A stretch of 64,000 nucleotides of DNA, taken from contig NC_089429.1 of assembly GCF_026210795.1 (NCBI RefSeq), forward strand, positions 682,001 to 746,000. The letters run 5' to 3'. Under the pieces are notes generated by a model. The model saw only the letters and a program-made list of their open reading frames with translations. It was not told where the DNA came from and did not search any database. Source of the DNA: Rhizophagus irregularis (Eukaryota). The position numbers and the translations under genes are program-made. Positions within the stretch are counted from its first letter, which is position 1, and every line of letters begins with the position of its first letter. Positions 23,573 through 32,325 of this stretch are shown here, in pieces.

Positions 23573-25343
23573 AATAATAATCATATGTGGAGTTGATGGT
23601 ACTGAAAAAACATTCATTATAAATAAACTTATAAAAGAATTTGAAAAAGTAGGACAAAGTGTGAGGTTTAACACCTTTAAAAGGAGAAGAGAGGACAATG
23701 ATAAGTATAAAATACCAAAGAAAGGTATAGAATGGGAATTCAGGAAGGAAGTTGTCGAACAAATCAACAGGAGAATGGAAGAACATGATAATGAGGATTG
23801 GTTAATATTAGATAAAAGTCCCTATAGTGAGTACTTTTATCAACAAACACCATCATTCGACAGAGGATACATAACAAGATATGAGAACCACCTATTAGAA
23901 AAGGAAGTATTTAGGAACAAAAGGATAATTGATGAATCAATAGTGATATTTTTAGAAAATGAAAAATGTTGGGAAAATTACAAAGGTAGAGAATATTCGA
24001 AAAAGGATCAAGGACATAAAACATCATATCCATTATTAGATGAAGAAAGATATATGGAGATGGTGAAATCATTTAAAGAATGTCAAGATATTTACGAAGG
24101 AGAAAAATATGCTAATATTAAAATATCGAATAATGACACAGATTGGGAAAGAGTATATAATAAAATAATAGAATTAGATGGAGATAAACCACCAATAGAG
24201 GTTAAAAATGTTGAGATTAAGGATAACATCAGAGTAACTGATGGCAAAAAGTATATTGAGAAAAATGGTAAAAACATCAGGATAATAGAAGACTTTGAAA
24301 AGATGGGAGCACTATATTTAGCTCACGGTCATGAATTATCGGCACATATGGGAATCAAAAGTACTTATGATAATTTAAAAGATAAATATTATTGGGAAAA
24401 TATGCTGAATGATGTTGAAAGATATGTAAGGACATGTGATGAATGTCAAAGAAGAGGAAAACCACAAGGGAAAAATGAATTACACCCAATTAAAGTAGTA
24501 GAACCATGGTATCAAATCGGGATTGACTTTGTTGGACCATTGAACACAACAACAAATGGTAATAAATACATCATAGTAGCAATGGATTATTTTACAAAAT
24601 GGCCAGAAGCCAAAGCAGTAAAAGAAGCAACTGCCAAAGAAGTATCAAAATTTATTTATGAAGACATCATTTGTAGACATGGATGTCCAATGAAAATATT
24701 GAGTGATAGAGGAAGTCATTTCAATAATGAAATGATTAAGGAATTAATGGAAAAATTCAAAATTAAATGGAATTTTTCTACAAGTTATCATCCAGAGACA
24801 AACGGACTTGTTGAAAGATTCAACCGAACATTAGGTCAAGCATTAGCAAAATTATCAACCAAAGATGATTGGGATCAAAGGATAGCACCCATATTATTTG
24901 CTTACCGAAATAAAAAGCATAGTTCAACAAGAATTCGACCATTTTATTTAACATACGGAAGAAATGTACGGACAATAATGGATGAAAATATCAAAGAAAT
25001 TAACCTAAATGATAGAATAGTTGGATTATTAGAAGAACTACCAAAAATCCGACATGAAGCCAAAGAACAAATACTGAAATCTCAAACAAAACAAAAAGAG
25101 TATCATGACAGAAAAATAAGCAAAGAACACACCTTTGGAATTGGAGATAAAATACTACTCTATGATAAAGCCAAAGCACAACAACTATCTGGAAAATTAG
25201 AATCAAAATGGTTAGGACCATTTTACATTCATGAAATACTACCGAATGGAGCTTATAGAATTAAAAATATTAAAGGTGTCATCAAGAAGATACCTGTAAA
25301 TGGAGAATTATTAAAGACTTACCATACACCGATGAGTAAATGA
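23562..25343 (+). CDS. Thymidylate-kinase-like P-loop domain fused to a Ty3/Gypsy integrase
   Basis: N-terminus IIIICGVDGTEKT and WLILDKSPYSEYFYQ. C-terminus has HHCC (H..H...CDEC), DDE core (IGIDFVG, SDRGSHF, NGLVERFNRTL) and GPY/F motif (WLGPF). Confidence 0.85.
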   Translation: MGPKIIIICGVDGTEKTFIINKLIKEFEKVGQSVRFNTFKRRREDNDKYKIPKKGIEWEFRKEVVEQINRRMEEHDNEDWLILDKSPYSEYFYQQTPSFDRGYITRYENHLLEKEVFRNKRIIDESIVIFLENEKCWENYKGREYSKKDQGHKTSYPLLDEERYMEMVKSFKECQDIYEGEKYANIKISNNDTDWERVYNKIIELDGDKPPIEVKNVEIKDNIRVTDGKKYIEKNGKNIRIIEDFEKMGALYLAHGHELSAHMGIKSTYDNLKDKYYWENMLNDVERYVRTCDECQRRGKPQGKNELHPIKVVEPWYQIGIDFVGPLNTTTNGNKYIIVAMDYFTKWPEAKAVKEATAKEVSKFIYEDIICRHGCPMKILSDRGSHFNNEMIKELMEKFKIKWNFSTSYHPETNGLVERFNRTLGQALAKLSTKDDWDQRIAPILFAYRNKKHSSTRIRPFYLTYGRNVRTIMDENIKEINLNDRIVGLLEELPKIRHEAKEQILKSQTKQKEYHDRKISKEHTFGIGDKILLYDKAKAQQLSGKLESKWLGPFYIHEILPNGAYRIKNIKGVIKKIPVNGELLKTYHTPMSK

Positions 25344-25575
25344 TAACTATCATCAATGGACTTAGAAAAATAAAGATAATTTATAATCATGTGAAATAAA
25401 ATCACATGACATAAAAATAATTTTCGAAAATAGGAAAAACTAATGAAAATTTCCTAAGAAAGACCGAAGTGAAATCCGGTACAGGAAAACCGTAGACTTA
25501 ACAAACACATGATAAACCGCAGATGTAGACGCAGCAAAAAGGAATATTTAAAACGCAGCTGAGTCAAGTGACAAT

Positions 25576-25666
25576 GCATGTTTGATTTAGTGGTATAATT
25601 CGCACCTACCACTTCGAGACACGAGTTCGATTCTTAGAATAAATTTAATGTGGGCATTAAATTTTT
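25576..25666 (+). ncRNA. tRNA-Gly-derived sequence with A/B boxes, 3' hairpin and oligo-T (candidate Pol III small RNA) inside the retrotransposon
   Basis: GCATGTT-TG-ATTTAGTGGTATAAT-T-CGCAC-CTACCAC-TTCGA-GAC-ACGAG-TTCGATT-CT; then AAATTTAATG-TGGG-CATTAAATTT hairpin and TTTTT. Confidence 0.7.
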
Positions 25667-25668
25667 AT

Positions 25669-25680
25669 GCGGGGGATAGT
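25669..25680 (+). promoter_or_regulatory. Polypurine tract
   Basis: GCGGGGGATAGT immediately before the 3' LTR. Confidence 0.8.
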
Positions 25681-26291
25681 TGTAATGCCGTAGTATACCT
25701 AGTAAATTTATTAATTGTGGGGCGCAGTATTACATTTAGTCTTAGTGTATAAAATTTTAACTTATTTTTATTTTTATTTTAATTGGACCGAGAAGTCGTT
25801 AAACTAATAATCACATGGATTAAGGTAGTTGGTCCGTGATGACCTTAAACTATTAGTTACGAGATTTAAGGATAAATGAAGATCCGAAAGATACTAAATT
25901 GAATGAAATCAAGTGATCTGAGGTGTCAAGTGATTAATTTGTTGATCACTACGTTAATATTATAAATCACAATTCAGGAGTTCATGATGATCAAATGGAT
26001 ACAAAATTAAGATAATGGAAATACTTTAAAACAATGGAAATACTTTAATAATCTAAATCCATGAATTGAAATTATGAATTTATTTATACAAAAACAAACA
26101 TAAAAGGGCGTGAAGATCACCTTTTGGAAAAGGAGAGAAAAATTGAACGAATTTTGTTATGAATTATTTATTTTATTATTTAATGTTATTAAACCAAGCA
26201 TATTATTGTATTTATTTATATTATTAATAAAGAGTCATTTTGTTAATACCTGAGGTGGCAAACATAATTCTCTATGGGCTCAGGTGTTACA
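25681..26291 (+). repeat. 3' LTR
   Basis: 611 bp, matches the 5' LTR, followed by TSD TTAG. Confidence 0.97.
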
Positions 26292-26676
26292 TTAGTAAAT
26301 TAATTTAAAATCCGCCTAAAAAATAAATATATTAGTAAATAAATATTATTTACTAATTTAATCTATATAATTAAAAAATCTATATAATTAAAAAAATTGT
26401 GTTTGTGTGACTAACGTTTAGATTAGCCTATATAAATAATCTTTGAATTGTTTAATGTGTTATTAATCTGCGCCTCTTTTTTTTTTTTTTTTTTTTTTAA
26501 TAGTAACGCATTTTATTAATTATTTTAAAAATTTAAAATTTTACATAATTAATTTAAAATACTTAGAGCTAGTTACATAAATATAACTAACCCTATAACT
26601 AAGTTTGATCTATATAAGCTATTACTAAACTAATCTATATTAATTTTAAACTAATTATAAAAACTATTCTAAATAA

Positions 26677-29600
26677 TTAAAAAGTTTTCGTTGTAGAATC
26701 CCAGATCTTCTTTATATGAGTACCATCCGTTATCGAACCTATTAGTCTATCTCTCGTTACTATGTTTATATTTTTATCAAAATTATTATTATTATTTTTT
26801 ATTTTTTTCTCATTATTTTTATCTGTTTTTTTGTTTATATTATTTATTATTTTCTCAGCTATGCTATCCTCTTTTTCCTTACGTTCCTGTTTTCTTTTTC
26901 TTTTCAAATCTTGTTTCTGTATCCCCATAATTTGTTCCAAACGTGCAATTTCATCACATCGTGGTTGCCAAATCCTATTTTTAAATTCGTTGTAAATAAA
27001 ATTCCAACATTCTTTTATAATGCATCGTTCTCCCTTAATATTAGTTAATTTATTAAATTTGTCATTAAAGACTCCTCTCAACATCTCCCAAATACGGCAT
27101 TTTTTCAATAATATATTTGAAGGTTCTTCCAAAATTGTTATTATATTGACATTATGATCTCTCAAAATTGAAATGTCTTCTATTCTATCGTTGTCTTTGA
27201 GAAATTCTTCAAATTTACTTATCGATTCACGCGCAATTTCTTCTAATGTTGCTTCATTATCTTCGCAAACCCACATATGATCCCATGTCTCCGACTCCTT
27301 TTTTCCACATCTCATACACAAGTTATCTTCAATACAATTGACGTCTCGTTTAAAAAGAGTTTCATAGGTCGGGAGTTCTTTAAGCAAATTTTTAATTCGA
27401 TAAGATCTTTCTCTAGTATCCTCAATACTGCATTGTCTTTTACTGAATGTTGTACGATTGCTAATAAATTCTAAAGTTGTTCTCCAATCAAATTCTTTTT
27501 TAAAATTGTACATAAATAAATCGTTCAATTTGTTACTATTTAGGATTTCGTTCTTCCATAGCGCCATAGAAACTTTTTTCCTCCATTTCCTAAAACCTCC
27601 TGTTATAATATTTTTCTTCCATATTAGATTATATTCATTTACTAGTAATGCATTATCCGATATATCGATTTGGTATCGCATCTTTTTTTCTTTGAAATCT
27701 CCTAGTAAAATTTTATCTATTCTGTTTTTAATTTCTTTTATTGTATGCATTTCATCGTCCAATGCATCTACTATCTTTATATTATTTTTAAATAAAAAAT
27801 GTTCTATATAAAGTAGCTCTATATAATAATCACTATCTATTTTTTTTCTTTTACTATTAATAATAAAATCTTTTATTAATTTACTAATCGCTTTATTTAT
27901 TCCTAAAACAATCTTGCTATTTTGATTAATTAATATTAAACCGATAATTATGGCTCTAATTAAAACTTTGTATTCATTTTTGTTGAGAACTTCATAACTG
28001 GCTGAAAAACAAATTTCTTCTTCTTTTTGAACGTTGTTTTCTTTTAAAATCCAAACTATATTATAAAAATATGTTCTTTTTCCATATTTATTTAGATCAT
28101 TTTTGATTTTTTTAAGGTCTATAATCAAAAAATATTTTTTGATCCTCTCTTTAGTGTCATATTCCGATAAACTATTTTTCATTATTGTTATGAATTCCTT
28201 ATCTGCTTTAATTATCGAATCTATATTTTCTATCCTTTCGTTAATTTTTTCGTTCGTTGTTTCTTCTTCATTAATTGTCTTTACACATTCGTTTTTCTTA
28301 ATTAAATTGTTTAACGTTTCAAAAGGTTTTATCGTTTCCTCTTCTTTCCTTGTATCTATTATTCTACTATGTTTATTTTCTATATATATCAAACATTGAT
28401 TTGATGATGCTTTTTTACTTATATTTTTCTTACATCCTTCGCATATCGTTAAATTCGGTGAATTATTCCATCCTTCGTTATCTCCTTTGATTACGTAATG
28501 AATACCTATTCTCTTGTAATTTTTACTTCTAGATCTTTTTTTATCTTCTGCAAAAACTGGAAGTTCTCCTTCTTCATTCCATGATACTATTGTATTTTTA
28601 TCTTGTTTTTTATCTTCATCAAAATATTTAATATGAATATTTTTCTTTTCTATTGTTCTCATATATTCGTTTTTTATTTTCCTCGTGTTTTCATTTGTAT
28701 TTTCTAAAATTTTTAATTCTAATTCTTTAAACCAAAGAGGAACTTTCCCTTTTGTACTTACGCCTGATTCTTTACACATGTGTTTCCATTTTTTCATATA
28801 TATTCCATCTGATTCTAATACATCTTCAATAAACATTATTTTTTTATTTCTTCGTGATGCTGCGCTTTTCATAATATTTTTCTCATCAAGAATTTCTAAG
28901 ATGTCTGTATTACCACCTTCTATTAAATGATTTTTATTAATATTGCTATATAATTCGTGGTCGCATATTTTAATGTTTTCGTTGTTTAAAATCTTAATAG
29001 CTGCTATGCACCAATTGTTATTAGTTTTATATGATAAATTAAAATCACCCGGACATTTCGATGTCCATATTCTCTTTTGTTCTTGAGACATTACAATCTT
29101 GAACAATTTCTTAAGTTTGTCGTTACCATTCGCCTGGTATAATAAATTTTTGCTGAGCATTTCTAATTGTAGGTCGTATATATGTTTAACATCATATAAG
29201 TCTTTGTCATAAATTATAAAGTTGGGCGTTGACCGTGTTAGACTTGCTCTTTTCTTAATTATCATATTTAATCTTGTCATTAATTTTGTGCATTCATTTT
29301 TCGTTAAAACTATAGCAGCCAGTTGATATTCAATCCTCAGTACGATTACTATATTCCATACCGCTATTATTTGTTTTTCATTTAGTTTTTTCCAGTTGAA
29401 GATGTTGCAAGCACTATTGATGATTGATATAATTTTATCTTTATACACCTTTCTTCTATTATCGTATCTAAAATAGATTCCTAGGTATCGATTTCCTTCT
29501 TCGCTGTTCATCTTATCTATTATATTTCCCTCTATTCTTAGTTCTTTATCTTTACTATTAATTTTGATTAATTCGTATTTACCTACATTCGCTTTAATAT

Positions 29601-32157
29601 CGTTGATGTTAAAAAATTGATGGCATATATCTATCATTTCTTCTAAATTTTTTTTATTATTACTTATGATCGTAGTATCGTCCATAAATGCCATCACGTT
29701 TATGGAAATATTCAAATTTTCTATTTCATTTTTTCTAAAATTTATAATTTTGTCTTCTTCAAAATGATATCCATTTTCCTTTTTAATTTTATCTAATCTT
29801 GCTAGAAGTGCGTCGTAAAAAATCCTCCACAATATCGGCGACCACACTTCTCCTTGATCTAATCCATCTTCAACGTAATATTCATCCGTCATTTCATTGT
29901 TTACTAAAATTCTATTATATCTGTTTAAGCTGATATCTAAAACTAAATTTATAAATTTTGATGGTAATCCTATTCTTTTCATGCTTAATTCTAACATTTT
30001 TATATTGACTGAGTCGTAGGCCTTTGAAATGTCCATGAATAGAATCCAAGCTTCTTTCTTGTTTCTGTTAGCGTCTTCAATTATATGTTGTATGATTTTA
30101 ATTGGTTCTAGCGTACTTTCATTTTTGAGTGCTGCATAATTTGTATCCGTAAGAATTTTGTTTTTTGTTAGAATGTCGCTCAGTCTGTTTACTAATATTT
30201 TGAACCATATTTTCCGTGCAGTTTCTAGTAGTACTATAGGTCTTGTTAGCGTCAAATCTTGGTTCCAGTGTGAACGTTGTGTTTTATTAATCGGGTAAAT
30301 TAGACCTCTTTTCCAATCTGTTATTGCGTTCTCTTTTTCCATGCTTTCATTGATTATTGCTAAAAGAATTTGTCTTGTCAGATTTTTGCTTTTCTTCCAA
30401 AAGTCGTAACTAATTCCGCTCATGCCTGGTGCTTTATTCGTTTTCAAATTGTTTAATACATTTTCTAATTCATCCATTTCTATTTTATCCATGAGTTTTT
30501 TATATATTGTATTGTCGATTGTTTCCATCGGTTTGTATATTTCACGCCATTCGTGGTTGAATTCTATCTCGTCTAGATCTATATTACGCTTCGCAGTCCA
30601 TTTACTATAGTGATCTATTGCCATTTGTTTAATTTTTTCTTTTTCTTTTTCTATCGTAATCCTTCCATATTCTCTCTTGACTAGTCCAGACATATCTATT
30701 TTTTCTCTTTTCTTTTCTAAAATTCTATTTAGCATTTTTCCTATGTCTTCTTCTAAATAAATTTCTCTTTTTCTTATATTGATATCTATAATATTATCGT
30801 TTATATCTTCGTATAAATTTTGCATTATTTTTTTCCTCTCTTTCTCTCTATCCTCTAGTTTTTTCCTGTATTCGTGTTTTCTTAGGTGTTCTATATTTAT
30901 TAAATTTTCTTTATTTTTTTCTATTTTATCGTGACTTCTGATTAAACTAATTATTTTCCTTGCGTTTGGCTTTCCTGTATCAGTTGTTCCCCAATCTTCT
31001 ATAATTAGTTGTTTGTCAAAATTTTTATAAGTATCTGGACTAATTTTTATTTCTCTTACCCTCCATTTTAATTTGATAACTTTTTTAATCAATTTAATTA
31101 TTTCATGTTCGATGTTGTTGATTTTTTCTAAGGTTTCGTATTTTCTGATTAAATGATATATTTTGTTCTCAAGCAAATCCTCGTTTTTGTCTTTTCCTTG
31201 TTTCAATTCCATTTCTTTAATATCTTTGATCTCATTTATTCGTCTAATTTTTTCTTCTTCATATATTGTTACTAATGTTGCCCAAATATCTTCTCTGTCT
31301 AAATCTGTTTCTGTTATATCCAATAATTTGTCGTCTAGTCGTTCTGCTATTATTTCCCAGTCGTTTGGTTCTAAAATTATTCGTTTAAGTTCTACTTTAA
31401 CTTTTTTGAAATATTCTTTTTTATTTAAATTTAACGATTCTTTCAATTCTATGTTAATTGTAAGTGCTTTGTGATCTGTCTCAAAATCTTCTATATCTAA
31501 AATTTCATGACTTGAAATTTGCCCTAAAATGTTTTCGCTCGCGAAAATATAATCTATTCTGGATGAATATTCTCCACTCTTCCAAGTATCTAGTATATCT
31601 TTCCCTGCTAGACATTCGTGAACATCTTCTAAGCCATGTTTTTTGATTACTTGAATTAAAGGTTTGCTTTTTATTTTTTTGTTCGTTGATTCGTTGAAGT
31701 CTCCAAGGATAAGTAATTCTTGATTCAGTTTCTGAGCTTCGTTGATCCAACTGGTTATCCTTTTCTCTATTGATTGTGTAATTTCTTTATCATTATTGGG
31801 ATTATATATTCCTATTACTTTGATTCCTTTTTGTTTATCTTTGAATAAAATATCTAATTTAAACACGTGACCATCTATTTCTTCAACTTTATATCGTCGG
31901 TCGTTAATATTTTTCTTTAGCATTATTATGATCCCACTTTTTGTGTTGTCATCATTGTAACTACTATTTATAACTTCGTATTTGTCCCAGCCTTTATAAA
32001 TATATTTTCCTTTTTGTTTTGTTAGTTTTGTCTCCGTGATGATCGCTATATCCCATTTTTCTTTCCCTAAAAAAGTTCTTAGATTTCCTTGTTTGTTTAC
32101 GTTATTCAATCCCCTCACGTTTATACAACCAATTTTTAGTTTTTGATTTTTTTGTAT
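26677..32157 (-). CDS. LINE ORF2: AP endonuclease, reverse transcriptase, degenerate RNase H-like region, CCHC finger
   Basis: LKIGCINVRG, ITETK, LGDFN, SRIDYIF, TDH; RT KAPG, RPIVLLE, DISKAYD, GLDQG, AFMDD, YLG; CMRC..ETWDHMWVC. No ATG at the frame start. Confidence 0.93.
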   Translation of the reverse strand: MQKNQKLKIGCINVRGLNNVNKQGNLRTFLGKEKWDIAIITETKLTKQKGKYIYKGWDKYEVINSSYNDDNTKSGIIIMLKKNINDRRYKVEEIDGHVFKLDILFKDKQKGIKVIGIYNPNNDKEITQSIEKRITSWINEAQKLNQELLILGDFNESTNKKIKSKPLIQVIKKHGLEDVHECLAGKDILDTWKSGEYSSRIDYIFASENILGQISSHEILDIEDFETDHKALTINIELKESLNLNKKEYFKKVKVELKRIILEPNDWEIIAERLDDKLLDITETDLDREDIWATLVTIYEEEKIRRINEIKDIKEMELKQGKDKNEDLLENKIYHLIRKYETLEKINNIEHEIIKLIKKVIKLKWRVREIKISPDTYKNFDKQLIIEDWGTTDTGKPNARKIISLIRSHDKIEKNKENLINIEHLRKHEYRKKLEDREKERKKIMQNLYEDINDNIIDINIRKREIYLEEDIGKMLNRILEKKREKIDMSGLVKREYGRITIEKEKEKIKQMAIDHYSKWTAKRNIDLDEIEFNHEWREIYKPMETIDNTIYKKLMDKIEMDELENVLNNLKTNKAPGMSGISYDFWKKSKNLTRQILLAIINESMEKENAITDWKRGLIYPINKTQRSHWNQDLTLTRPIVLLETARKIWFKILVNRLSDILTKNKILTDTNYAALKNESTLEPIKIIQHIIEDANRNKKEAWILFMDISKAYDSVNIKMLELSMKRIGLPSKFINLVLDISLNRYNRILVNNEMTDEYYVEDGLDQGEVWSPILWRIFYDALLARLDKIKKENGYHFEEDKIINFRKNEIENLNISINVMAFMDDTTIISNNKKNLEEMIDICHQFFNINDIKANVGKYELIKINSKDKELRIEGNIIDKMNSEEGNRYLGIYFRYDNRRKVYKDKIISIINSACNIFNWKKLNEKQIIAVWNIVIVLRIEYQLAAIVLTKNECTKLMTRLNMIIKKRASLTRSTPNFIIYDKDLYDVKHIYDLQLEMLSKNLLYQANGNDKLKKLFKIVMSQEQKRIWTSKCPGDFNLSYKTNNNWCIAAIKILNNENIKICDHELYSNINKNHLIEGGNTDILEILDEKNIMKSAASRRNKKIMFIEDVLESDGIYMKKWKHMCKESGVSTKGKVPLWFKELELKILENTNENTRKIKNEYMRTIEKKNIHIKYFDEDKKQDKNTIVSWNEEGELPVFAEDKKRSRSKNYKRIGIHYVIKGDNEGWNNSPNLTICEGCKKNISKKASSNQCLIYIENKHSRIIDTRKEEETIKPFETLNNLIKKNECVKTINEEETTNEKINERIENIDSIIKADKEFITIMKNSLSEYDTKERIKKYFLIIDLKKIKNDLNKYGKRTYFYNIVWILKENNVQKEEEICFSASYEVLNKNEYKVLIRAIIIGLILINQNSKIVLGINKAISKLIKDFIINSKRKKIDSDYYIELLYIEHFLFKNNIKIVDALDDEMHTIKEIKNRIDKILLGDFKEKKMRYQIDISDNALLVNEYNLIWKKNIITGGFRKWRKKVSMALWKNEILNSNKLNDLFMYNFKKEFDWRTTLEFISNRTTFSKRQCSIEDTRERSYRIKNLLKELPTYETLFKRDVNCIEDNLCMRCGKKESETWDHMWVCEDNEATLEEIARESISKFEEFLKDNDRIEDISILRDHNVNIITILEEPSNILLKKCRIWEMLRGVFNDKFNKLTNIKGERCIIKECWNFIYNEFKNRIWQPRCDEIARLEQIMGIQKQDLKRKRKQERKEKEDSIAEKIINNINKKTDKNNEKKIKNNNNNFDKNINIVTRDRLIGSITDGTHIKKIWDSTTKTF

Positions 32158-32325
32158 TTATGTGTTGTTGTTATGGATTTTTCGTTAATCTCTTTTTTTT
32201 CTTTTTTCTTGTTTATATATTTTTTGTTGTTTGTTTTTATTGTCGTCTCTCGAGATGTTTCACTTACTTCTCCTTCTTCTTCTTCTTCTCCTTCCCTTAT
32301 TGTATTGTAAGTTTGTGGTATCCAG

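Larger units (their letters stand above)
15327..26291 (+). mobile_element. Full-length Ty3/Gypsy LTR retrotransposon with atypical cargo
   Basis: Two 611-bp TG...CA LTRs; TTAG TSD at 15323-15326 and 26292-26295; PBS; PPT; gag-PR-RT-RH-IN order. Confidence 0.97.

Noticed and set aside
25576..25650. Functional tRNA-Gly gene
   Set aside because: No 3' acceptor strand and a mismatched anticodon stem; kept only as a tRNA-derived element
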